Shown here one piece after another: positions 28,601 through 38,031 of a stretch of 61,703 nucleotides of DNA; the stretch's first letter is position 1; each line of letters starts with the position of its first letter. The notes beneath the pieces were generated by a model, which worked only from the letters and a program-made list of their open reading frames with translations, made no database searches and was not told the DNA's origin. The position numbers and the translations under genes were made by a program. This DNA comes from Acidobacteriota bacterium (GTDB lineage Bacteria; Acidobacteriota; UBA6911; RPQK01): contig JBHGBF010000008.1 in NCBI GenBank assembly GCA_041946865.1, forward strand, positions 1-61,703, in the 5' to 3' direction.

Positions 28601-29899
28601 CAAATGCCTCTCGACCCGGCGAGCCTGCTGGCCGCCGGAACGTCTTCCTTCACCTACGATGCCGCGTCCCGGATAAGTAACGCCGGGTACGTCTATGACA
28701 AACGAGGACGCCTGACGGCCTCGCCCGGGCACAACTATGCTTGGGACAACAGCTCCGCGCTTGTCCAGATCGATTCCGCGACGTTGACCTGCAACGGGAT
28801 GGGACAGGTGCGGACACGAACGCAGGGCGGCCAGACGACTCGCTTTTATTACAATCACGCTGTCGGGCTGGCGCCTGTTGTGGCGGAAAAGGATGACGCC
28901 GGTCAGTTCCTGCGCTACTACGTGTGGACTCCGGCTGGAAGTCTGCTGTACATGATCGACGCAACCGACGGAAACAAAGTCTACTTCTATCATTTTGACG
29001 TGACCGGGTCGACTCTGGCGCTTACGAGCTCTGCCGGCGCCGTGACTGACAAGTACGCGTATGATCCTTTCGGCGTTCTTCTGGCCCATGAAGGGAACAG
29101 CCTTCAGCCGTTTACCTTCGTAGGACAGTTGGGTATTCGGCAGGAGATTCCTGGAGGCACGCTCTACAATATGCGGGCCCGATATTACGACGCCCGGACG
29201 CAGCGCTTCGTCAGCCGCGATCCGGTCTGGCCTCAGACGGCCTCACCCAGTCTCTTGAATCCGTACCAATACGCGGCCAATTCCCCCTTGAGCTACGTGG
29301 ACCCCACGGGCAAGGTCCTGTTACCGGCCTGGCTGTCGTGGCTCGCTCGCATTCTCAACTGGGCGTCCGGTACTCCAACCGGTTCTCCAGTCGGCGACCC
29401 GGAATGGGGACGGTTCGGTTCGCCGATAGGAAGCGACGAAGAGCTGTACAAGCGCTTCCGGGAGGGCAGACAGCCCATCAACGAAGGTGAGAAAGCACGG
29501 ATCCACGCCTACCAGATGACGCAACTCGAAAAAGCGAAACGAGACCAATGGAGAGCCGAGGACGAGGAAGCCCTCAGGAAAGCCGGGATGTCTCCGGAAG
29601 AGGCCGCAGCTTTCATGAACTGGCTTGAAAAAGCGCCGTTAGGGGCTATGCAGAAACAGCGGGAATTTGAGTTTGCGCTGGCGCTTGCCGGAACCAAAAG
29701 CAAGCGGGAGTCCATTGAGAAACCGCAAAAACCGTTGAAACGCAGGGAGCCGCCTCCAACAGTCGACCCGTGCCAGTTTCTTGCGCTCTGCTTCGTCTCA
29801 CATTTCTGGTCCGAGGTGATGCTGGACGCTATGGATAGAGAGCAGGCGTACTACGGTGACTACGACAGGAGTGCCGACCCCCGCGACCTCGACTATTGA
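25631..29899 (+). CDS. RHS (YD-repeat) protein with RHS core and ~195-aa C-terminal extension
   Basis: Many YxYDxxGxL repeats; YAYDPFG, YNMRARYYD...RFVSRDP...NPYQYAANSPLSYVDPTG; hydrophobic leader MRLVETFVMCLLGLGMALA. Confidence 0.92.
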   Translation: MKSRIVTDRISFRYWLAATPGKPAWTSSMRLVETFVMCLLGLGMALAQDPSRAASAEKPVHKNSVSGGGGSVPLMIEPDSGFYFPYEYKPGGTPLVGDPLSSATGEYRNTWPLLSLGGVLPLHVSLLYAPDLFNRTVASDGPNQTEHYIRGFTTDTVYRLIEFEERGGQQQAFINVLLKDDTFVFLDQGGGQFVPDGERKLQIQRLGDYYYLSDPVTELIYIFRSRVKNTQRPFQLVRRMGEAVVIMDRNGNSLRFSYNSDNNPTLIEDGLGRRLVFSYNQDGRLKSVSDGQGRTCTFAYQNSKLASFTNPAGGVTRFEYDAGSSFGDKLKRYILPAGNAPFNQTWQQRPAPNIGWEVESVVNQTDAYQNTLTIGFDPTHDELTANFPDGTRTVYASGLARYPLRITDTEGHTASYTYDFANLEVTKFTDRTGVATGFTYHPQSGLLASITNANGQTTKFTYTAYPQNFTSPIDQTPFSFTFYNLTSVEFPDKSQLSYSYDGKGNLLTCIDPAGKVWTYTYNARGQILTSVNPAGGELRYTYNADGTVASAQDSDTGSTTYGYDPFRRVNRITRPDGKFVQIVYDEQDRITSMTDENGHQYSFEYDANGNLKRIINPKGYFRQNDYDLMDRRIRSTDPLGKATTFGFDNRGRLGTVTDPNGLTTTLGYEPRGWLNRITRGGQTWRRGHDNEGVIKTRTTPLNHTASFQTDKLGLLVGVTDALGHAGAIKRDELNRIIEMTDPEGRTTNYKYDSRGDLSEASQPVTGTATYERNDLGLLSRLTDPNGAKWEFGYTDMGRLDSHTDPLGNTWSHTHDSHGRLSQTTYPDGSTLTRSYDGAGNLTRKSYSGGPDQQFTYDELDRRTGATGISFIRDKAGRITSTADQGTVFGAGYDDGGRLKTATYNNNALTVTYTYDAVTGLLSRVTDSLTNARIDFAADNDGRLIGITRSNGVNATITWDEADRLTRIQDGSFLDLNYTFDPAGQITEVRGQMPLDPASLLAAGTSSFTYDAASRISNAGYVYDKRGRLTASPGHNYAWDNSSALVQIDSATLTCNGMGQVRTRTQGGQTTRFYYNHAVGLAPVVAEKDDAGQFLRYYVWTPAGSLLYMIDATDGNKVYFYHFDVTGSTLALTSSAGAVTDKYAYDPFGVLLAHEGNSLQPFTFVGQLGIRQEIPGGTLYNMRARYYDARTQRFVSRDPVWPQTASPSLLNPYQYAANSPLSYVDPTGKVLLPAWLSWLARILNWASGTPTGSPVGDPEWGRFGSPIGSDEELYKRFREGRQPINEGEKARIHAYQMTQLEKAKRDQWRAEDEEALRKAGMSPEEAAAFMNWLEKAPLGAMQKQREFEFALALAGTKSKRESIEKPQKPLKRREPPPTVDPCQFLALCFVSHFWSEVMLDAMDREQAYYGDYDRSADPRDLDY

Positions 29900-29947
29900 C
29901 TGTCTCGATCCTTACAGAAGCTTTGGCCCGGAAAACAACCCGGCGCC

Positions 29948-31159
29948 CTATCGCGGATCATTGATGGCGCCCAGAAAGAGGAGGGCGCCTGTCTGATCGT
30001 CTCGAATCGCGCAGAAAAACGGACGATCCACCACCATCCGGAAGCGCTCCTGGGGCGGCTCGAACGACGTGACCGAAACACCGACGGACGTCGCGGCCGC
30101 GGCTTCCGTTCCCTCTTCATTCACCTCGACAAACGTCTTGTGCTTGACCTTGTTGATGTAAGCCCGTTCCGACGTCTGAATCATGGCTGAAAAGTCCGCC
30201 CGCTCCGTGTCGAAGGCCAAAGCCATCCCCAGGGCCTTCAGCGGATCGTTCAGCTCTTTCTCGTACTCGATCCGGAAACGCGGGAGCGAGATCTCGCCCT
30301 CCCGCTTGCGAAACGAGCGCATCCAGGTGTCCCAGTTGGAAACAGTCAGGCTCTCGAGGAACTGCGGGAGGCTGTGACCGGGCTTCGGCAGGAAGATGCG
30401 CATGTTCCAGCGCCGGTTTCCGTACGGGAGGCTGATCGCCTGAAAATCGGGAGTTTCGCAGTACTGGAAACTGCCCGACTGCGTCATCATCGGCACCTGG
30501 ATCCGATTGCCGGCAGCCGGAATAAAGGGGCGCTGCGCGGTTAATTCTTTCTTAAACTGGGCGGTCCATTTTCCCTTGAAGTAAACGGCATTCAGCAGAA
30601 ACAGGATCGAGTTCGAATCGATCCGGTCGACGATCTTCTGGATTTTGCCGGCCGTGTTCCGGCCGACCCAATCGTTGATTCTGGCCGGCGCGCCCGGGTC
30701 GGCGAAATCCAGTACCGCGACCTCCGCCTTGAAAAAGCGGCGGTTCCTGTCTATGAAGTCCGGTTCGAAATTGAGCCCTTGTCTTGCCCAGAGAGAGTTG
30801 GCAATCTGCAGCTGGACCGCCGGATCGGCTTGCTGCAGCGTCTCCTTCAATTCGAGGCTTGCCTGATTCACCTGCTCGAGGTTCATCCCCTGCAGCTCGA
30901 GCGCACGGCTCATGGCCTCCCGAGTCTCGCCGGCTGCTCCATTCCAGGTCATGGCGAGCGCAAACGCCACGCCGGCAGGTGAAATAAAAACGTTTTTCGC
31001 GCGTTCGGCAGCAGTGATTTGCGAGAACAGTCTAAATCCAAAGCCGGCCTGCGCCGAGGGAAGAGACTTCTCCGCCGGCGTCCGGCCGGGCCCCGCAGCT
31101 GGTTTCATGCCCAGAACCAATCCGCCTATTGCGACCAGAATCAGAGCCGTTCGTCTCAT
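29948..31159 (-). CDS. Secreted serpin (inhibitory-type hinge)
   Basis: NVFISP, GAAGET, ANSLW, NAVYFKGKW, VPMM, LPRF, EVNEEGTEAAAATS, DRPFFCAIRD. Confidence 0.95.
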   Translation of the reverse strand: MRRTALILVAIGGLVLGMKPAAGPGRTPAEKSLPSAQAGFGFRLFSQITAAERAKNVFISPAGVAFALAMTWNGAAGETREAMSRALELQGMNLEQVNQASLELKETLQQADPAVQLQIANSLWARQGLNFEPDFIDRNRRFFKAEVAVLDFADPGAPARINDWVGRNTAGKIQKIVDRIDSNSILFLLNAVYFKGKWTAQFKKELTAQRPFIPAAGNRIQVPMMTQSGSFQYCETPDFQAISLPYGNRRWNMRIFLPKPGHSLPQFLESLTVSNWDTWMRSFRKREGEISLPRFRIEYEKELNDPLKALGMALAFDTERADFSAMIQTSERAYINKVKHKTFVEVNEEGTEAAAATSVGVSVTSFEPPQERFRMVVDRPFFCAIRDDQTGALLFLGAINDPR

Positions 31160-31321
31160 TATCACGCCTCCTTGTGCCATTGTAACGGAGACTCAGGGGA
31201 GAAGGTGGACGACATGGCGACACGAATAGCATGTTTAGACTTTCTTTCTTTCAAGGTGTAACCGGGGTTCTCTGGCCTGCGTCCTAACCTTGAACAGGAC
31301 AGGGAAGGGTGGGCACGCAGC

Positions 31322-32341
31322 ATGGGCGTTCGGTTGTTCCCGTTTGAAGATTACTGGTGGTTCTATCTGGCCTTTACCGGCTTTGTCATGCTGCTGCTGG
31401 CGCTCGACCTGGGCGTCTTCCATCGCCAGGCCCGCCGCGTGTCCTTGCGAGAAGCCTCCATCTGGAGCGCCGTCTGGGTGGTTCTCGCCCTGAGCTGCAA
31501 CTACCTGTTCTACGAGTACGCCTTGTGGAAGTTTTCCGGCGACCCGCGCCTGAATGCCGTCCCGGGATTCGTGGCCGGCGAGGCGGCACGACAGGTCGGT
31601 CTGGAGTTTCTGACCGGCTACCTGATCGAGAAGGCCCTCTCGGTCGACAATATCTTCGTTTTCGTGCTGGTTTTCAGTTTCTTTGCCATACCGGCCAGGT
31701 ACCAGCACCGAGTTCTGTTCTTCGGGATTATCGGGGCCCTGGTGTTCCGGGCCATCTTCATCGGCATCGGCGCGGCCTTGATTCAGTATCACTGGGTTGT
31801 CCTCCTGTTCGGAGTTTTCCTCATCCTGACTGGCATAAAAATGCTGGTGGTGCCTGATACGGGAATTAATCCGGAGAAGAACCCGATTATCCGGTGGTTT
31901 CGACGCGTGGTGCCCGTGACTCCGGAGCTCCACGGCCAGAAGTTCCTGGTACGGCTGGCCGGCCGGGTCCACGCCACTCCGCTGTTCGTCGCGCTGCTGT
32001 TTGTCGAGCTGAGCGATATCGTTTTTGCCGTTGACTCGGTCCCCGCCATTTTCGCGGTCACGCGCGAACCGCTTATCGTCTTCACGACGAATGTTCTCGC
32101 CATCCTGGGCTTGCGGGCACTCTACTTTGTGCTGGCCGGCGCGGTGGAAAAATTCTATCTGCTGAAGTACGCGCTCGCCCTGGTGTTGATTTTCGTAGGC
32201 GTGAAGATGGCGTGGCTGAACGAGTGGTTTGGCGGAAAGTTTCCGATCGAATGGTCGTTGGCCATCATTGGCGCGTTGGTGGGCGGCGCTGTGGCCCTCT
32301 CACTGATGTTCCCGAAGCGTCTGACCGGTGAATCGGTCTGA
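31322..32341 (+). CDS. TerC/Alx family membrane protein
   Basis: GYLIEKALSVDNIFVF, QHRVLFFGIIGALVFR, ELSDIVFAVDSVPAI, GLRALYF. Confidence 0.93.
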   Translation: MGVRLFPFEDYWWFYLAFTGFVMLLLALDLGVFHRQARRVSLREASIWSAVWVVLALSCNYLFYEYALWKFSGDPRLNAVPGFVAGEAARQVGLEFLTGYLIEKALSVDNIFVFVLVFSFFAIPARYQHRVLFFGIIGALVFRAIFIGIGAALIQYHWVVLLFGVFLILTGIKMLVVPDTGINPEKNPIIRWFRRVVPVTPELHGQKFLVRLAGRVHATPLFVALLFVELSDIVFAVDSVPAIFAVTREPLIVFTTNVLAILGLRALYFVLAGAVEKFYLLKYALALVLIFVGVKMAWLNEWFGGKFPIEWSLAIIGALVGGAVALSLMFPKRLTGESV

Positions 32342-32433
32342 AAGACGCCGGGCGGCCGGTCATTCGGACCACCCACGAAGCAACACGAACAAGTTGAAGG
32401 GCGCTCTCGGGCACCCGTTTTGAAGCGCTCGGC

Positions 32434-33165
32434 TCAGGGCCGGGTTCGCAACTGGGTCCCCTTGACCCTGCATGCCCGCCACAACAGGTTGTGCGGCGTG
32501 ACGGTGGCGCCCACGAACTCGACGACTTCCGTCCGGTAGCCGGCGGCTTCCAGCCGCCGGGTACGGTCCGCGTCTACCAGAGCCTGAATAAAGCGCCGGC
32601 GGACCGGGGCCTGGCGCGGAATCCCTTGACGAACCGCCTCCTCGACGGCGCGCGCAGCCGCCGGCACTGAAGCGCTGGTACAACAGGGAGCCAGCAGCAA
32701 AACCTTTGCCCCGCAGGCGATCGCACGGTCGATGACAGCATCCGACGCCGGACCGCAGGCGTGAAGGGCGACGACAATATCCGGAAATTCCGGCCAAAGA
32801 GCCGGATCCGAGACGTCACCCGCGCGGCATTCGATCGGGATTCGGGTTTCGAGACGGTCGATTGCGCCGCGGGTCAGCCGCAGCAGCCGTTCATTCTTCT
32901 CAAGGACAATCACGCCGGCATTGAAACCGTGCGGCTCCAAAACGAGCTGCGCAGCAAGAAGCCCGACGTAGGATTTCCCGGCGGCGGCATCGATCAGTAC
33001 GATTGGCTCTCGGCGGCGCAGTCTCCTGGCCGCGCGATCGATCTCGTCGAGAATCCCCGCCACTTCAAGCGCCTTCCGCCGGTCCTCCTCACGCAAAGTG
33101 GCGCCCTCGGCCGAGATATAGAGACGATCAAGCCATTTCTCGACTTCCTGAATCCTACGTCGCAA
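32434..33165 (-). CDS. SAM-dependent methyltransferase (Methyltransf_32-like)
   Basis: IDAAAGKSYVG, ALHACGPASD, LAPCC, TPHNLL; start uncertain because the repeat array begins 15 bp upstream. Confidence 0.8.
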   Translation of the reverse strand: MRRRIQEVEKWLDRLYISAEGATLREEDRRKALEVAGILDEIDRAARRLRRREPIVLIDAAAGKSYVGLLAAQLVLEPHGFNAGVIVLEKNERLLRLTRGAIDRLETRIPIECRAGDVSDPALWPEFPDIVVALHACGPASDAVIDRAIACGAKVLLLAPCCTSASVPAAARAVEEAVRQGIPRQAPVRRRFIQALVDADRTRRLEAAGYRTEVVEFVGATVTPHNLLWRACRVKGTQLRTRP

Positions 33166-33179
33166 TCCCGCTCCCGCCC

Positions 33180-33836
33180 GTTACCGGTTACCCGTTACCC
33201 GTTACCCGTTACCAGTTACCAGTTACCCGTTACCGGTTACCAGTTACCAGTTACCAGTTACCGGTTGCCGGCTACCAGTTGCCGGTTACCGGTTGCCGGC
33301 TACCAGTTGCCGGTTACCGGTTGCCGGCTGCCGGTTACCGGCTGCCGGTTGCCGGTTGCCGGTTGCCGGCTGCCGGTTGCCGGTTACCGGTTGCCGGCTG
33401 CCGGTTGCCGGTTACCCGTTGCCGCTTGTCCGTTACCCGTTACCGGTTACCAGTTACCAGTTACCCGTTACCCGTTGCCGGTTGCCGGTTACCGGTTGCC
33501 GGCTGCCGGTTGCCGGTTACCGGTTACCCGTTGCCGCTTGTCCGTTACCCGTTACCGGTTACCGGTTACCAGTTACCAGTTACCCGTTACCCGTTGCCGG
33601 TTGCCGGCTACCAGTTGCCGGTTACCGGTTGCCGGTTGCCGGCTGCCGGTTGCCGGTTACCAGTTGCCGGTTACCGGTTACCGGTTGCCGGCTACCAGTT
33701 GCCGGTTACCGTTGCCGGTTGCCGGTTACCAGTTGCCGGTTACCGGTTGCCGGTTGCCGGCTACCGGTTGCCGGTTGCCGGCTGCCGGTTGCCGGTTACC
33801 AGTTGCCGGTTACCGGTTGCCCTTTGCCGGTTGTCC
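33180..33836 (+). repeat. Long heptamer tandem array G(T/C)T(A/G)CC(G/A/C), about 94 units (left arm)
   Basis: Continuous GTTACCG/GTTGCCG/GTTACCA/GTTACCC/GCTGCCG/GCTACCA units; variant CTTGTCC recurs at 33425 and 33537, 112 bp apart. Confidence 0.95.
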
Positions 33837-33869
33837 GGGGCGGTCGTCCGGGGGCGATTGGCGGCCCAA

Positions 33870-34083
33870 CGGGCAACTGCAACCGGTAACAGGTAACTGG
33901 AAACCGGTAACTGGAAACCGGTAACCGGTAACTGGAAACCGGTAACCGGTAACTGGAAACCGGCAACCGGCAACCGCAACCGGTAACCGGCAACCGGTAA
34001 CTGGAAACCGGCAACCGGTAACTGGTAACTGGTAACCGGTAACCGGTAACCGGCAACCGGTAACCGGCAACGGGCAACCGGTC
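33870..34083 (-). repeat. Inverted heptamer array, about 30 units (right arm)
   Basis: CGGTAAC/CGGCAAC/TGGTAAC/TGGAAAC units, the reverse complement of the left-arm unit. Confidence 0.93.
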
Positions 34084-34288
34084 CCGATTTGACGTTGCCT
34101 GGCCTCGGCACCATAATTGGTTCAAGTAGAGGGCCGCGACTCTCGCGGGTCCGCACTTGAACGGCTTCCCAGGCCACGGTCGCACATTTTGGGTTCGTTT
34201 TGTCAGAACCAGCGATCCTCTCGCTCCGTTATACCGCACGCGAATTCAGGTTCAAAGCGAAACAAAAACGCTGGTGAGGAGGAAGCAT

Positions 34289-37200
34289 ATGAGCTCGAGC
34301 AGTTGTTCCAGGTTTCTGGCAACACTTTGTTGCCTCCTGGCTCTGGGAGCCGCGCCCGCGTGGTCGCAGAGCGCGCGCGGCACGATAACGGGGACCGTAA
34401 CGGACGCGAGCGGCGCGGCAGTGCCAGGCGCCGAAGTTACGGCCACCAACGTCGAGACCGGCAGTGCGATAAAGACCCTCAGCACCGATGTCGGTCTCTA
34501 TCGGATTCCCTACGTTGTTCCCGGCAATTACAGGGTCGGCGCCTCGATGGCCGGGTTTCGGACCGCGGTTCAGGAGAATGTTACAGTCCTGGTGGCGCAG
34601 ACCGTCACAGTGGATTTTTCGCTGCAGGTGGGCGGTGTCACCGATGAGATCACGGTCTCAACGGAAGCGCCTCTTCTCGAGAAATCCACGTCGGAGATCG
34701 GCACGGCTGCCACCGAACTGGAGGTACACACCTGGCCGATCCTGGTCGGAGACGGAACTCGCCAGCTGCAGGACTTTGTCTTCCGGACGATGCCGGGGAC
34801 GCAAGGAGGCACCTGGGAGGGTTCCATTAACGGTGGACAATCGTTCGCGCACGAGATCCTGATTGACGGGATTTCGATCGGGCGAATGGACATAAATGGC
34901 GGCAGCAATAACGAATTCACACCAACTGTCGATGCGGTCAGCGAATTCAAGCTGCAGACAGGCGCAACTTCCGCGCAGTACGGGAACTCGCAGACAGGCT
35001 TGACCAATTTCGCCCTGAAAGGAGGGACAAACGAGTTTCACGGGACCGCGTTCTGGTTTCATCAGAACGAAGCGTTGAACGCGAACTCCTGGGGGAACAA
35101 CGCCGCCGGGGAGGACAAGCGGCCTTTCCGGCTTCACAATTTCGGAGCAAGTCTTGGAGGACCACTGATCAAGGATAAAACCCACTTTTTCTTCTCTTAC
35201 GAGGGAAACCGGCAAACGAACTACAACCTGGGAGGTTTTGTCGACAGCCTCCCGATCCCGGCATTCAACAACGGAGACTTCTCTCGACTGCTCGACCCCA
35301 ACTTCACCAAGGATCCCCTTTCGGGGACGGTCGTGGGCCAGGACGCTCTCGGGCGGCCCATCATCTTCGGGCAAATTTATGACCCGACCAGCTCCCGCCA
35401 GCTCCCTGACGGAACCTGGATTCGTGACCCCTTCCCTGGCAACATCATCCCGCCGAACAAGCTGAGCCGTATTACTCAGAATGTGCTGCGGTTCGCTCTT
35501 CCGGCCCCTTTTCTTGACCAGCTCCGGCTCAATACCCCGCGCGTCACGACATGCTGTCCGGTCCTGAACATCGACAATTACAGCACCAACATCGACCACG
35601 TAGTCAATGAGAAGCACAAGCTGCGTGGCGCTTTCGTTTACAATGACCGGTCTCGTCTCCGCTACGGTAGCGGTTCACACTATCAGTTGCCTGAACCTCA
35701 GATTCCCGCCTCGCCCCTGACCGGAGACAAGACCCAGGCGACTCCAGGCTGGATCGTCCGTATCAGCGAAGACTGGAACTTCAACCCTACGACCCTCAAC
35801 CACTTTGCGATCGGATACAACCGTTTCCGGAACGCCAACCAATCCAACGCCTTCCTGGACGGCCGGAACTGGGCGGCGGAACTGGGCCTGCAGAATGTCG
35901 GAGGCGCAAGCTTTCCGGAGCTGAACTTTGCCGGTAATGACCCGCTTCTCAGCGGTCAATACAAGGACATGGGCATCGACAACGCCACCGGAAATGCGCC
36001 CAATGGAAGCACGATCGTTCTGGACGATGTCAGCGTGATTAGGGGAAGCCACAGCATCCGCTTCGGCGGTGAACATCGGCGCTACTACATTAACGATCGA
36101 TCGGTCGATACCCCGGGCACATACGTTTTCCACAACGAAAATACCGCTTTGCCCGGCTTTGCCACACAGACGGGCTTCGCCTATGCCAGCTTTCTGACCG
36201 GCGTCATCCGTCAGGCCACCGTGGGCGTGAACCGGTTAACGTATGGTGTGAGATCACGGACGACTGCCTTTTACATTCAGGACGACTGGAAGGTACGCCC
36301 GAATTTCACCCTGAACGTCGGACTTCGCTGGGATATCCCGCAGGCGTTCACCGAGGCCAAAGACGCCATGTCGGCCCTGAACCCGACCAAGCCCAACCCA
36401 GGCGCGGACAACTTCCCGGGAGCGCTCGAGTTTCTCGGAGACTGCCCGGGGTGCAATGGCCGCAACTCTTTCGGCGAGACCTACTGGCGGGAATTCGGTC
36501 CGCGCGTGGGCTTCGCCTGGGCGGTGGGTCAGAAGACGGTCTTGCGCGGAGGTTACGGAATCAATTACGCGCCTCCCATCCTGGACGGCTGGAACTACGG
36601 CTGGTTTAACGGGTTTAACGGCGTGAACAACATCAATGTCCGGACCAACAGCCGGTTCCTCGAGGACCCGAGCTACAATTGGGACACGCCTTACCCGCCA
36701 TTCGTCGGCGCCCTCCCGAATTTCAATCCGGCGCTCCTCAACGGCGAAAACGTCCCCTTCTATCCCCCCGAGACCAACCGCCTCCCCATGACTCAGAACT
36801 GGAACTTCGGGATTCAGCGCGAGCTGCCGTGGGAGACGCGGCTCGAAGTGAATTATGTCGGGACCAAAGGGACGCACCTCAACGAAGTCTACCTGGGTTA
36901 CTTAAACCAGCTCGACCCGAAGCACCTGGCGTTGGGCGACACCCTGCTGGATGATATCAACGACCATCCCGAGATTCCGAAACCGTATCCGAGTTTCGAA
37001 GGCACAGTGGCTCAGGCGTTGCGGCCCTTCCCCCAGTACCGGAGTGTGACTTCGCACAGGTTGGCTTCGGGCTGGTCTAACTACCACTCGGTGCAGGCGA
37101 CAGCCACCAAGCATGCTTCCAACGGGCTCAGTTTCCTGGTCGCATACACTTTCTCGAAGAGCCTCGGTAACGCCGACAACGCGCTCGGCTACGGCTGGTA

Positions 37201-37843
37201 TGGCGGATACGGGCAGGATATCTACAACCGCCGGGCTGATTATTCGGTGACCAGGTACCATGTCCCGCACGATCTGCGTGTGACCTGGATTTACCAGCTG
37301 CCGTTTGGTCAGAACCAGCGGTTTTTGCGTAGTGGGCCTCTGGCTCACATCATCGGCGGCTGGACGATGAGTGCCATTCAGAATTACCGCTCGGGCAATC
37401 CGCTCGGAGTGACAACCAGCGGTTACGAAGACCAGGCGCTTTTCAACCCTGGTTTCCGGCCGCTGGTCCTCCTGCCCGAAGACCAGCAGAAGCTCGGCAG
37501 CTTCAATGGCGAGCTGGGAAGCGCGTATCTCAACAAGGACGCCTTTGCGCCTTTGCCCGTAACGGAGAATAACATTCCGACTCGCCTGGGGAACGGTCCG
37601 CGTTTCTTGCCGAACATCAGGGGCTTCAGTCAGTTTAGCGAAGACTTCTCGTTGCTCAAGCGGGTTCATCTCGGCTTCACTGAAACGACAGAATTCGAGA
37701 TTCGTATCGACGTGATCAATCTGTTCAATCGGGTCCGATTAGCCGACCCGATTACCGACATTAACGATTCGAATTTTGGAATGGTGCTGGAAAAAACCGG
37801 AGGTCCGCGCGTGATTCAGGGCGGTTTGCGCGTGAACTTCTAG
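34289..37843 (+). CDS. TonB-dependent receptor with carboxypeptidase-regulatory-like N-domain (Oar/Acidobacteria type)
   Basis: Signal peptide; GTITGTVTDASGAAVPGA, DAVSEFKLQT, KGGTNEFHG, QDDWKV, GPRVGFAW, terminal GLRVNF. Confidence 0.93.
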   Translation: MSSSSCSRFLATLCCLLALGAAPAWSQSARGTITGTVTDASGAAVPGAEVTATNVETGSAIKTLSTDVGLYRIPYVVPGNYRVGASMAGFRTAVQENVTVLVAQTVTVDFSLQVGGVTDEITVSTEAPLLEKSTSEIGTAATELEVHTWPILVGDGTRQLQDFVFRTMPGTQGGTWEGSINGGQSFAHEILIDGISIGRMDINGGSNNEFTPTVDAVSEFKLQTGATSAQYGNSQTGLTNFALKGGTNEFHGTAFWFHQNEALNANSWGNNAAGEDKRPFRLHNFGASLGGPLIKDKTHFFFSYEGNRQTNYNLGGFVDSLPIPAFNNGDFSRLLDPNFTKDPLSGTVVGQDALGRPIIFGQIYDPTSSRQLPDGTWIRDPFPGNIIPPNKLSRITQNVLRFALPAPFLDQLRLNTPRVTTCCPVLNIDNYSTNIDHVVNEKHKLRGAFVYNDRSRLRYGSGSHYQLPEPQIPASPLTGDKTQATPGWIVRISEDWNFNPTTLNHFAIGYNRFRNANQSNAFLDGRNWAAELGLQNVGGASFPELNFAGNDPLLSGQYKDMGIDNATGNAPNGSTIVLDDVSVIRGSHSIRFGGEHRRYYINDRSVDTPGTYVFHNENTALPGFATQTGFAYASFLTGVIRQATVGVNRLTYGVRSRTTAFYIQDDWKVRPNFTLNVGLRWDIPQAFTEAKDAMSALNPTKPNPGADNFPGALEFLGDCPGCNGRNSFGETYWREFGPRVGFAWAVGQKTVLRGGYGINYAPPILDGWNYGWFNGFNGVNNINVRTNSRFLEDPSYNWDTPYPPFVGALPNFNPALLNGENVPFYPPETNRLPMTQNWNFGIQRELPWETRLEVNYVGTKGTHLNEVYLGYLNQLDPKHLALGDTLLDDINDHPEIPKPYPSFEGTVAQALRPFPQYRSVTSHRLASGWSNYHSVQATATKHASNGLSFLVAYTFSKSLGNADNALGYGWYGGYGQDIYNRRADYSVTRYHVPHDLRVTWIYQLPFGQNQRFLRSGPLAHIIGGWTMSAIQNYRSGNPLGVTTSGYEDQALFNPGFRPLVLLPEDQQKLGSFNGELGSAYLNKDAFAPLPVTENNIPTRLGNGPRFLPNIRGFSQFSEDFSLLKRVHLGFTETTEFEIRIDVINLFNRVRLADPITDINDSNFGMVLEKTGGPRVIQGGLRVNF

Positions 37844-38031
37844 GAAGCGGAAGCAGCTTTAATCCTGAAAGGAGCCGGGAGCGCCGGCGCTTTTCCGCGG
37901 TGGTGACAAGGCCCCCCTGCCGAGGTCCTGGGACGTCTGGGCGTCTCAGGACCTCAGGGCGGGGTGGCTCCGCGAAAACACTCCGCTCCCGGCTCTGTCA
38001 GGTTTTGGCTGGACAACCCCTCCCCAAGACG

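Noticed and set aside
29893-30120. Immunity gene for the RHS protein
   Set aside because: The ORF is on the opposite strand, lies almost entirely within the serpin gene in another frame, and has shadow-like composition
33180-34083. CRISPR array
   Set aside because: Period is 7 bp with no unique spacers, and there are no cas genes in the window
32761-34239. Six overlapping ORFs encoding LPVTGYR/LPVAGCR heptapeptide repeats
   Set aside because: A 7-nt repeat lacking stops on one strand gives the same peptide in all three frames; there is no RBS and some overlap the real methyltransferase. These are translation artefacts of the DNA repeat.
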